Shown: positions 9,679 through 17,950 of the stretch, piece after piece
Position numbering within the stretch: the first letter of the stretch is position 1
Layout of the letters: every line of letters starts with the position of its first letter
Assembly (NCBI GenBank): GCA_943349945.1
Contig: CALQZS010000001.1
Coordinates: forward strand, 213,739-277,738
Direction of reading: 5' to 3'
Length of the DNA stretch: 64,000 nucleotides
Source: Candidatus Nomurabacteria bacterium
Lineage (GTDB): Bacteria > Patescibacteriota > Minisyncoccia > Phycocordibacterales > SBAW01
Notes under the pieces: model-generated
What the model was told of the DNA's origin: nothing
Databases searched by the model: none
What the model saw: only the letters and a program-made list of their open reading frames with translations
Translations under genes and position numbers: made by a program

Positions 9679-10152
9679 ATGCGTATTTTGTTCGCACTTA
9701 GCATGCTGTTGCTCCCGAGCCTCTCTTGGGCGCAGCAGTACACACCGATCCCCAAGGGGAAGCAGTGCTTTGCACTGCTCGGAGAAGAGCGCGCCCCGCC
9801 CGGAGTGGCGACAATGAGCCCATCCACCGTTCCTGGTCGAGGTTCCGTCTTGATGTCGTTTGAAGAAAACGGCACCGTTCGGCTCTACTTCAAGCGCTCG
9901 ATCGACCCGTACAATGCGGCATTAAGCGGAAAACCTTTCAATGAAGTCGCCCGGTCAATGATAGACCGGGGAAACCGTCCCATCACTCAGATGGACCGCT
10001 GGCTTTCATTCGACCACGGCACAGCGGATCCGAGCAACGAACAAACGTACCAGGTTACCATAGGGCCAGATGGTGGCCCTCTCGGGCGAGCGATTTCTCG
10101 CAACGGGCAATTCTCGGTAACCAAACCACTATGTCAGTCCAAGATCGGCTGA
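9679..10152 (+). CDS. Small secreted hypothetical protein (ORFan)
   Basis: AAGGAG SD; signal peptide MRILFALSMLLLPSLSWA-Q; two Cys; hairpin at 10163-10197 downstream. Confidence 0.72.
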   Translation: MRILFALSMLLLPSLSWAQQYTPIPKGKQCFALLGEERAPPGVATMSPSTVPGRGSVLMSFEENGTVRLYFKRSIDPYNAALSGKPFNEVARSMIDRGNRPITQMDRWLSFDHGTADPSNEQTYQVTIGPDGGPLGRAISRNGQFSVTKPLCQSKIG

Positions 10153-10195
10153 ACATGGCACGAAATCGCCGGCGCACCCATGTGCGACCGGCGAT

Positions 10196-11476
10196 TTAAC
10201 TTTTTCTTACAAATAAATTTCTCCAGTTTTGTTTTTTATTTTCACCTAAACTTTCGTTTGGATACAGTATGTTTTTTAACACAGCCACCAACCTATCAAC
10301 ATCAGATCTTTCGTTATACACATAAAAACTAGCCCGACACACACCAGCAGTATCTATTGTTTTGACCAATGGCATAGCGCAATGATACCCTCCTCTACTG
10401 GAAATGTGCTGCTTGCCCAAGGCTTGAGTTACTTGCATCGACGTAACGTCCCTCACAACAAAAGACACTATACCGATATTTTTTTGCTCATTCTTTTCAG
10501 AAACAATTGTAATTTCTGGTATACGACTCAGAGACTCTGTGCAATATTGCACTAAATCTTGCACATGAGACGAAATAGACTCAATCCCTAAAGACTCTAT
10601 GTATTCTACGGCTGCGGCCAAGCCGATCGCCCCCGCAATATTTGGTGTACCCGCCTCAAAACACATAGGAGAATCTCGATATATCGTTTCTTCTGGCGAA
10701 ACACTCTTGATAGCTCCGCCACCACTAAAAATTGGCTGCAATTTAGCAAATATGTCTTTTTTGCCGTACAAACCTCCTATGCCTGTAGGACCGAGCATTT
10801 TGTGACCTGAAAAAAATAAAAAATCGCAGCCTAGTGTTTGTACATTCACGTCCACATGCCCTATCGCAGTAGTTGCATCAACTATAGTTACTGCACCACA
10901 CTCTTTTGCTTGTCGTATAATCCTCTGGACATCATATATTGTGCCCAAAACATTACTTGCCAAAGGTATGGCTACAATTTTGGTTTTTGAACTTATTAGA
11001 TTTTGTGCAACATCATAATCTAACTCTGTACCCTTCAGAGGAATGAGTTGCATCTTTGCTTTTGTCCGCTTAGCTAACTCTTGGAATGGAATAAAGTTTG
11101 AATGGTGTTCTGAAACACTAACAACAATGCCGTCGTGCGGTGTAAGATTTAAAAACTTTTCAAGCATCAGCACGAGCATGTTTAACCCCAAAGTAGCACC
11201 GGGAGTAAACACCATCTCCTTTGTCTCTGCATGAATAAACTTAGCCACCGTAGCACGTGCCTGTTCATAGGCATGTGTTGCCTCCACGCTGAGCGCATGC
11301 GGCCCACGGTGAACATTTGCTCGGTAGTTAAAGTAATAATCATTCATAGCCTCCACCACTTGCTGTGGGGTTTGCGACGATGCCGCAGAGTCCAAATACA
11401 CAAGACTTTGTCCATGTGTATCTTTATAGTTTTTAAAGATAGGGAAATCTTTTTTAATTGTTCCGACGTTTATCAT
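10196..11476 (-). CDS. sufS: Cysteine desulfurase, SufS/group II type
   Basis: YLDSAASSQTP, ANVHRG, EHHSN, PLP-lysine motif SGHKMLGPTG, FEAGTP, catalytic RGGYHCA, RASFYVYN. Confidence 0.92.
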   Translation of the reverse strand: MINVGTIKKDFPIFKNYKDTHGQSLVYLDSAASSQTPQQVVEAMNDYYFNYRANVHRGPHALSVEATHAYEQARATVAKFIHAETKEMVFTPGATLGLNMLVLMLEKFLNLTPHDGIVVSVSEHHSNFIPFQELAKRTKAKMQLIPLKGTELDYDVAQNLISSKTKIVAIPLASNVLGTIYDVQRIIRQAKECGAVTIVDATTAIGHVDVNVQTLGCDFLFFSGHKMLGPTGIGGLYGKKDIFAKLQPIFSGGGAIKSVSPEETIYRDSPMCFEAGTPNIAGAIGLAAAVEYIESLGIESISSHVQDLVQYCTESLSRIPEITIVSEKNEQKNIGIVSFVVRDVTSMQVTQALGKQHISSRGGYHCAMPLVKTIDTAGVCRASFYVYNERSDVDRLVAVLKNILYPNESLGENKKQNWRNLFVRKS

Positions 11477-11589
11477 AAAATGCCTGCAATGGTCACAGTG
11501 TACACTAGCCATTTCTTAATCACACAGGGCACGGACCGTGATATGTTTTAGATTTGTAGAACTGCTTTATATATCCTAAACTTATCTCT

Positions 11590-13023
11590 ATGGGCCGTGT
11601 TTTTGAATATCTTCAAGTGGTATTGTTCAAAAAAACTCTTTCACGGTACGCAAAACTACTTCCAAAAGATTTTTTCACAACTACCACTACTAAAAAAACT
11701 GAATTATATAAAAATTTACTACGTGCAGAAATAGAAACAATTAAACAACTCCAAAAAGAAGAGTTTGAATTTGTCAAAAAAATACAACTTCTTCGCTTAA
11801 GAGAAGTGCTTGTGTTAGCCGCACAGACAAGGTGGTGGAACAATTACTTTCTGCAAAAGAAAGTTGCTTGGAAACGTATTGCTACTTTTGATGACTTACA
11901 AACTATCCCACCTATCACCCGCAACAATATTGTGGATGTAGAAAAAAAGGACCTTCTACTACTAGAGGCTAACGACCCCTCATTACTGTGGCGCAGCTCC
12001 AGCGGCAGTACGACAGGCACCCCTGTCGTGTGGGGTTTAAATAAAACAATTCTAATCTTAAACGTATTAGCAAGTTTATTAATACAACTCGAAAAAAGAG
12101 GTTTTTTACTTAGCGCAAATCTGAATCATAAATTTTGCCTCCACTACAATATGTTTATGACAGCCGACAAGCATGCTTTTAAATGGTTTGCTCAACCGGA
12201 CTTCCATATCCCCAACCACAGCAGTGACCGTCGTAAAAAAACTATAGAGCTAAGTTTAATTATTGCTCAAACGCAAAATCTAGTCCTTTTTACCAGTCCT
12301 AACGAATTAATTTCCCTGGTAGACTCTTTTAGAGATATTGGCGATCGACCCCATATACCTTTTATTATTACAGTTGGCTCTCCGCTACCTCCACACGTTC
12401 GTGACACCACAACGCAGTACTTCCACTCTCAAATATTTTCTTTCTACGGCGCACAAGAAACAGGACCCTGTGCAATAGAGTGCGTAAACGTTAAGGACGC
12501 CTATCATGCATTATCAGACCGAATAATTTTAGAGCTCCTTGATGAACACAATCGGCCCGTAAAAGAAGGCGAAGCGGGATTAATTACCGTAACCTGTCTG
12601 GACAACACCGTTATGCCACTTATCCGATACCAACCAGGTGACTGGGGAGTGTTCGTTTCTAACTCTCTGTGCACATGCGGCAATCACTTTCCTTTATTTA
12701 AAGTACTGGAGCGCACCACCGACGTGGTTACTTTTAGCACCGGAGAGCGTCTGTCTATAGTCCCAATTTTAAGATTTTTTAACAGACCTCCTTATATTTC
12801 TTTTGTGAGGCGCTTTCAGATCGAACAAGATCGACACGATCACATCATTGTGAGACTTGAAGTTAAAAAACTATTATCTGAAACCGCCATAACTAGACTT
12901 CACGAAAGAGTTGGGCGTATTTTTAAAGGCAAACTTCAGGCAGATGTTGTGCAAACCACAAACCTTACGCAAGAAAACCCAAAATTTAGAGTATTTATAC
13001 CCTTAAAAACACCGCGACCTTAA
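11590..13023 (+). CDS. PaaK/F390-synthetase-like adenylate-forming enzyme
   Basis: SSSGSTTGTP P-loop, YGAQETG, GLITVTCLDN, MPLIRYQPGD, CTCG and FQIEQ motifs. Confidence 0.85.
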   Translation: MGRVFEYLQVVLFKKTLSRYAKLLPKDFFTTTTTKKTELYKNLLRAEIETIKQLQKEEFEFVKKIQLLRLREVLVLAAQTRWWNNYFLQKKVAWKRIATFDDLQTIPPITRNNIVDVEKKDLLLLEANDPSLLWRSSSGSTTGTPVVWGLNKTILILNVLASLLIQLEKRGFLLSANLNHKFCLHYNMFMTADKHAFKWFAQPDFHIPNHSSDRRKKTIELSLIIAQTQNLVLFTSPNELISLVDSFRDIGDRPHIPFIITVGSPLPPHVRDTTTQYFHSQIFSFYGAQETGPCAIECVNVKDAYHALSDRIILELLDEHNRPVKEGEAGLITVTCLDNTVMPLIRYQPGDWGVFVSNSLCTCGNHFPLFKVLERTTDVVTFSTGERLSIVPILRFFNRPPYISFVRRFQIEQDRHDHIIVRLEVKKLLSETAITRLHERVGRIFKGKLQADVVQTTNLTQENPKFRVFIPLKTPRP

Positions 13024-14090
13024 TTTACGACTATCCCAAGTTTATCTAAAAAAACTCTAAACTCTGGGGAAATTTTAGCCAGCTTGATTGCTACCATTTT
13101 ATTGAAATTAGTATCAGGAACGTTCTTTAGGTTTGCAAAAAAACGCAACTCCTCTGACAAAGGATCAGCATCTGCAAAAGGCTGGAGAATAGCACGTATA
13201 TCCTCTTCTCTATTCAATTGAGATGAAACAAGATTTGCATTATAAAAACGAGCGCGCCAAATAATTATAGATGGGTTTTTATCTTGTCCTGTCGCTTTAG
13301 CAGTATCAAAAACCAGAGCATAGGCATCTTCTGCCTCTTTTACTGATTCTGCGGGTGATCCGAGCAAGAAAGAAATACGACCCAACGATACAGCTCTGTG
13401 GTAATATCCATGGACAAGAATTGATGGTGAATAAATCGACTCATCGTGGCGAGAATCCCCATCTTTCACATATTTCATCATCATCTCTGCGGTTTCTTTC
13501 GGATCCGCAGCAGTGGGATTACTTACACTTAAAGATGCGTACTGATGCGCAATTGAATATTCTGCCCACGACGTTGGGTATGTATCGTCTGAGTATTTAA
13601 GCAACGCAAGGTATGCAGCGCTGACTTTTTGCGCCTCGGTACCTTCTGCTGGCACAAAGGCATTATATGGAGCTTCGCTAAAGTGAATTTGGTAGAAGGA
13701 TAGACTCGAGTCGTTTACAAAACGGGCAATACTGTTGAGCGCCTGGGCGCGCCACGCAGCAGGTATTGAGTAGTCGTTCACTACTTCTTTTAAGGTTTTG
13801 ATTGCTTGGGTGCGGTCACCGCTTTGGTTTCTAAACCAATAACTCACCCCAAGTAGGATTTTGAGCCGTCCAAATTCTGATTTATTTGGCGCCTGAGCAA
13901 TAAGGGTCGGCAGGTTATTAATGGAAGCCGCATAGTCTCCCGACACAAACGTATCGTACGCAGCCCTAGCATCAGCTTGATATGTGTTGCTTTGTTGAGG
14001 CATGTAAAATCGCATGTAGTATATATACCCGAAAACAACAGCCCCTGAAAGTATTAAGGCGAGCAGTAGTAGAGTGTAACGTTTTCCCAT
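13020..14090 (-). CDS. Membrane-anchored helical-repeat (TPR-like) protein
   Basis: Likely start is ATG 14090 (MGKRYTLLLLALILSGAVVFGYIYY, a TM segment), 13 nt after the precursor stop. Alpha-helical A/Y/L-rich repeats. Confidence 0.7.
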   Translation of the reverse strand: MGKRYTLLLLALILSGAVVFGYIYYMRFYMPQQSNTYQADARAAYDTFVSGDYAASINNLPTLIAQAPNKSEFGRLKILLGVSYWFRNQSGDRTQAIKTLKEVVNDYSIPAAWRAQALNSIARFVNDSSLSFYQIHFSEAPYNAFVPAEGTEAQKVSAAYLALLKYSDDTYPTSWAEYSIAHQYASLSVSNPTAADPKETAEMMMKYVKDGDSRHDESIYSPSILVHGYYHRAVSLGRISFLLGSPAESVKEAEDAYALVFDTAKATGQDKNPSIIIWRARFYNANLVSSQLNREEDIRAILQPFADADPLSEELRFFANLKNVPDTNFNKMVAIKLAKISPEFRVFLDKLGIVVN

Positions 14091-14103
14091 AAATATTATC
14101 AGG

Positions 14104-14373
14104 TTAACAAGGACTTTCGCTATCACCAGCACCTTCTGGAGAATCTGATTCACACGCATCACCTTCACCCCCGCCAGCACCAACACCTTCAGCTGATGTG
14201 TTTGTACTGGGGAAGTCTGCATGAGCTGTATTGAGCCCAAAATCTTTTGCCAGTTTTTCCTGTTCTTGTGGGTCAGACTGTGTAAACCTCGCAACCAATC
14301 CACCAAAAAAGACAAGTGCTGTAAGCGCACTGAGTGAAACAAATCGGAGTGATAGTTGTAGTAGGCTTCTCAT
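14104..14373 (-). CDS. Candidate RiPP-like precursor peptide with N-terminal membrane/signal helix
   Basis: 89 aa: hydrophobic residues ~5-28, LNTAHA motif, then a 37-aa acidic Gly/Ser/Cys core. Lies two genes downstream of YcaO on the same strand. Confidence 0.7.
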   Translation of the reverse strand: MRSLLQLSLRFVSLSALTALVFFGGLVARFTQSDPQEQEKLAKDFGLNTAHADFPSTNTSAEGVGAGGGEGDACESDSPEGAGDSESPC

Positions 14374-14426
14374 ATATTGTTTAGTGTAGCAGGCTGGCTA
14401 CTATTGAACACCCAACTATCCCCACC

Positions 14427-14912
14427 TTAGTCTTGTGCCGGAATGCGCTCTGTATCCCCCACCACTGGAAGCCCCGCATCTGCCCAGTGGTTTAGCCCAC
14501 CCTCGATACGCAGCAGGTTTTGGAATCCTTCTCGCTCTAAGTAGCCGTAGGCAACCCCGGCCAGGCGCCCCGTCGAGCAAATAAGTACTATTTTTTTGCC
14601 CTTTTTAGGCAATACGGTACGGTCGTCAAATAAGTTTGCTATAGGTTCGCTTATAGAGCCCTGCGCATGGGCAATATCATACTCTCTTTTGCTCCGCACA
14701 TCCAACAGCAAGTATGCATCAGGGTTTTTTTGATAGTCCTCCCAAAAAGCAACAGGGTCGACATCGTGCATTGTTGGCTCAACAAAGTTCATCCACTTAA
14801 GTGGGGTTAGGTAAATAACCGACGCCGCCCCCACCCCGCCCACCAATAGTCCAATAATTAGAAAAAGTGCTGCAGACCAGGTAAAAAGTGTTCGACGTAT
14901 CCACGTAAGCAT
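14427..14912 (-). CDS. Membrane-anchored rhodanese (sulfurtransferase) domain protein
   Basis: LLDVRSKREYDIAHAQGS, active-site loop ICSTGRLA, EGGLNHWADAGLP; N-terminal TM. Confidence 0.9.
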   Translation of the reverse strand: MLTWIRRTLFTWSAALFLIIGLLVGGVGAASVIYLTPLKWMNFVEPTMHDVDPVAFWEDYQKNPDAYLLLDVRSKREYDIAHAQGSISEPIANLFDDRTVLPKKGKKIVLICSTGRLAGVAYGYLEREGFQNLLRIEGGLNHWADAGLPVVGDTERIPAQD

Positions 14913-14940
14913 ACGAAAATTGTATCACGGACAAAAACTT

Positions 14941-16323
14941 TTATGGGAAAGGGTGCGGGTACGTGTTTGTTGGTTCCACCCCACCAAGCACCGGGGTCGA
15001 GAAGCGTTCGTGGAGTGCGAGTTTGTACAACCCTGGTGCAAGTAAGCGCACAGAGTGGAAGCCTACCTCGTCTAGGTACGGCTGCTTTGCTTGCACCACG
15101 CACAGCTGCCCCTTTGCCAAAACCTTAAGCACATCCACTGGATGGTTTGCCTTCTTTTTTAGCAAATCATCAAACAACACTTCCCTGCCTGCCAAAAAGA
15201 GCTCGCCATTTTTTGCTATATGCGCTTGAGACCATGCGTGTATACGCTTAACGTCTGTGATAGAGCGATCACAAAAACCAGCGGTGAGTGTTGTTTCACT
15301 CAATACAGGTGCTTGTGTGTTGTTAGCACCATCCATCGCCCAGGTATATACAGACAAGGCTTCGCACACTGCACGCTCCACAGCCCCGCAGTAGTCCACT
15401 TTTGTGGCCATACCCACAAACCAGCCCAACCCCGGCTTGGTAAGCACTGCAGCAACCGACGGCGTACCGTCTACTAATGTACAGTCCAGCAAGTGAGCAG
15501 TGAAGTCGTATGCAGACACTGCGCGCAATAGTGTTTTTGTGCCCTGCTGTGCCAGCGGGCTTTGCAACACGCTATGCAATGCAATTTTTGGTGGAGCTTT
15601 TTTTGCATACCAATGGGTAAAAAAGCTGTGTCGCTGCAACAGCTCTGACGCACCGCTGAGTACAGCCTCGCCGTATGTATATCCAGCACCAAGGCCATTG
15701 GTATTCATCTCGCCTAGCAATGGCTCGCCCTTTTGTCGCTTGTACCCCCAGTGCAAAAGTTGTGCTGGCACCCACGTAGGCGCCTGTGTAAAAATGTTTG
15801 TTGCTTGCACCCATCCAAAAACAGAGTCCTCGTCCCACACCAAATCAGTAAAGGTCTCTTTCTGCTTCTTGGTTGTTTGTGCCAGCTCAAAGATAGGAAA
15901 CACAGACTCTTTTTGCTCCTGTAATTTTTTGTAGCTTGCATGCACCACCTGTTGCCCAACAGGCACAAACCGCATAGACACGCGTTCGTACAGCTCGCCA
16001 AATGCCCTGGCAACTGCCTCGTCTAAAGACAAGGCTGTCCCTCGTGCAAACACTCGCCCATCTATTGCCCGCAAACCCACATCATAAAAATGCACATTCG
16101 GGGCCAGCTGGAGCGCCCGCGAATAGCCAACTGTTTGGTGTAGAATATTCTGCCTCTGTGCTTGTGCTATCAATTTTTTGTGCGTGTCGGTTGTAGCTAT
16201 GTTCCCCTGTGCCGTAACGCCCGAGAATAGGTGTGTGTCCCGCACCGCGGATACATACTGCGCAAATAACCCACCGGGGGTTTTAAAACGTGTATGAAAT
16301 TCGAGCAACTCGCGGATGTTCAT
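14941..16323 (-). CDS. YcaO-family ATP-dependent peptide backbone-modifying enzyme
   Basis: G...A..RAFGELYER, NTNGLGAG...SELLQRH, ERAVCEA and C-terminal YPHPFP (PxPxP). ATG 16323 overlaps the upstream TGA (ATGA). Confidence 0.9.
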   Translation of the reverse strand: MNIRELLEFHTRFKTPGGLFAQYVSAVRDTHLFSGVTAQGNIATTDTHKKLIAQAQRQNILHQTVGYSRALQLAPNVHFYDVGLRAIDGRVFARGTALSLDEAVARAFGELYERVSMRFVPVGQQVVHASYKKLQEQKESVFPIFELAQTTKKQKETFTDLVWDEDSVFGWVQATNIFTQAPTWVPAQLLHWGYKRQKGEPLLGEMNTNGLGAGYTYGEAVLSGASELLQRHSFFTHWYAKKAPPKIALHSVLQSPLAQQGTKTLLRAVSAYDFTAHLLDCTLVDGTPSVAAVLTKPGLGWFVGMATKVDYCGAVERAVCEALSVYTWAMDGANNTQAPVLSETTLTAGFCDRSITDVKRIHAWSQAHIAKNGELFLAGREVLFDDLLKKKANHPVDVLKVLAKGQLCVVQAKQPYLDEVGFHSVRLLAPGLYKLALHERFSTPVLGGVEPTNTYPHPFP

Positions 16324-17195
16324 ACGTTTTTTTGTTTGTCGGCCAATAAGTAGCACAGCCCCACCAGCACATGCATATGCACGTCGTCTATATATAGTGT
16401 GTTTGGTTGCGAAAGAATGTGCTCGTGGTACTTCCCCAGCGTCTGTTTTGCGTAGTGGCTTGTGGCCCGCTCGTGCAACAGCCGTGTGTAAAGCCGCTCG
16501 ACCAACGCAGCATCGGCCGCATAGTAGGCCAGCACTTCAAACACCTTGCCCACAGGAGACGACCACGCACGAACCCCCGTGTGTAGGTCTTTAAACCAGC
16601 CGTCGGCAGTGTAGCAACTTTCTAAATATTGATACTCCTGTTGAGCCAGCTCTGGTGCCGCACTTTTTGCCCAGACCAGAGTGTCTGCATAATCAAAAAA
16701 ACGACCCTGCCTTGGCGCCAAGCAAAGATTGTACCGCAGCACCTCTTGTAAGTATGTAGTGTGCGGCAGAGGTTTGGGCAGCAGCCCCGAAAGTCGCAAA
16801 TACAAACCCACGGCAATGGGATGCGACAACATATCGGGCACAAGAGCTTGGTGCACTAGTGCAATAGACACCTCTTTTTTTGCATATGCCTCTGCGAGCG
16901 CCGTATACAGCATGATGTAGAGTTTTTGAATGGGAGTTTGCGACTCAAGATTGTCTTGCACATACCGCTCTGACAAGTTTATCTGCTTTTGTATATCCAG
17001 CGTTGGGACAAGTTGTTGCGCAAACATGAGCGCCATGTTTGCCATAGACTGTCGCACAATATCTTTCTTTCTGTCTATAGAATCGGAGACTGTTATGTAG
17101 GAAGGGATCATCCCTTCTGCGTCTTGGGTTAGGAGAATTTTTTCGACATGCCACGCAATACGTGCCTCCAGAGAGTCTCCCGTAACATCTTCCAT
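16320..17195 (-). CDS. Hypothetical protein, possible alpha/alpha-toroid enzyme, translationally coupled to YcaO
   Basis: QDAEG and TADGWF resemble QW-like repeats; DIVRQ and YIDDVH motifs; TATAAT lies 6 nt before the ATG. Confidence 0.65.
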   Translation of the reverse strand: MEDVTGDSLEARIAWHVEKILLTQDAEGMIPSYITVSDSIDRKKDIVRQSMANMALMFAQQLVPTLDIQKQINLSERYVQDNLESQTPIQKLYIMLYTALAEAYAKKEVSIALVHQALVPDMLSHPIAVGLYLRLSGLLPKPLPHTTYLQEVLRYNLCLAPRQGRFFDYADTLVWAKSAAPELAQQEYQYLESCYTADGWFKDLHTGVRAWSSPVGKVFEVLAYYAADAALVERLYTRLLHERATSHYAKQTLGKYHEHILSQPNTLYIDDVHMHVLVGLCYLLADKQKNV

Positions 17196-17221
17196 GGCCT
17201 GATTATACTCAATGGTGCAGA

Positions 17222-17250
17222 TTGACTTATGTATATATAGGTGGTATAAT
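17222..17250 (+). promoter_or_regulatory. Consensus sigma70 promoter
   Basis: TTGACT-N17-TATAAT ahead of an AGGAGG SD and the lipoprotein gene. Confidence 0.7.
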
Positions 17251-17280
17251 TAAAAAAGAGTACAACAGGAGGACTTTTCC

Positions 17281-17706
17281 ATGAACGTTCTGCAAATTGC
17301 CGCCCTGGCACTGCTTGCTTTGGCAGGATGTGCCACAGACAAGCCAACAAGCGCCGTCGCCGACCCCACCAAACTGGTCGCGGGGAAGCGGTTCACCGGC
17401 AACACCACCCCCGACGTGCGCTGCGTGGGCACCGGATGTTATGGGGGCATCGAATTCAACTTCGACGCCACGGATGTCTCCATACGATTTTTGGGAGACA
17501 AAACCATCGAGCCGGGCAGCCTACTGCTGGCGCGCGGAGCCGTCCATCGAGGAGTCTCCAGCTTTGCCATCGAGGGCGGCGAGATCGAATTCTCGGATGC
17601 ATCGAACCGCAAGTACAAGCTGTGGCACGACGGCACCTGTCTAACCGGCAGTGCACACACGATCACGAACCTACACTCAAGCGTCCGGGCATGCCCGGTG
17701 CGTTAA
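17281..17706 (+). CDS. Lipoprotein, hypothetical (ORFan)
   Basis: Lipobox LAGC after a hydrophobic stretch; four further Cys; AGGAGG SD. Confidence 0.78.
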   Translation: MNVLQIAALALLALAGCATDKPTSAVADPTKLVAGKRFTGNTTPDVRCVGTGCYGGIEFNFDATDVSIRFLGDKTIEPGSLLLARGAVHRGVSSFAIEGGEIEFSDASNRKYKLWHDGTCLTGSAHTITNLHSSVRACPVR

Positions 17707-17722
17707 GTCCACCCCAAACACC

Positions 17723-17767
17723 AAGGCGATGCTGGAAATCTTCCACCAGCATCGCCTTTCTATTTTT
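17723..17767 (+). terminator. Intrinsic terminator
   Basis: AAGGCGATGCTGG/CCAGCATCGCCTT hairpin followed by a T-rich tract. Confidence 0.7.
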
Positions 17768-17802
17768 CTATATACAGAGAGAATGGTTGTTTTATGCATC
17801 CA

Positions 17803-17870
17803 TTGACTTCTGCCCACAAAAGGGATATTCTGTGCACATCTGGTAACTGCCCCGAGTGGGTGGTTTTTTT
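17803..17870 (+). promoter_or_regulatory. nusA promoter with promoter-proximal terminator (attenuator)
   Basis: TTGACT-N17-TATTCT, then hairpin AACTGCCC-N5-GGGTGGTT plus a T-run, ~80 nt before nusA. Confidence 0.55.
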
Positions 17871-17950
17871 CGTTCTAGAGATATACAGAACGCCAGTGAC
17901 TATATATCTCAGACCCTGTTAAATCCCACTACTCATTAAGAATTTATATT

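Noticed and set aside
10196-11476. Fe-S cluster (suf) operon
   Set aside because: No sufB/C/D/U/E genes are adjacent. The gene is treated as a possible part of the YcaO block, though a housekeeping role cannot be excluded.
14091-14342. N-terminal extension of the 440-aa ORF
   Set aside because: It overlaps the 89-aa peptide in another frame. ATG 14090 followed by a TM helix is the more plausible start.
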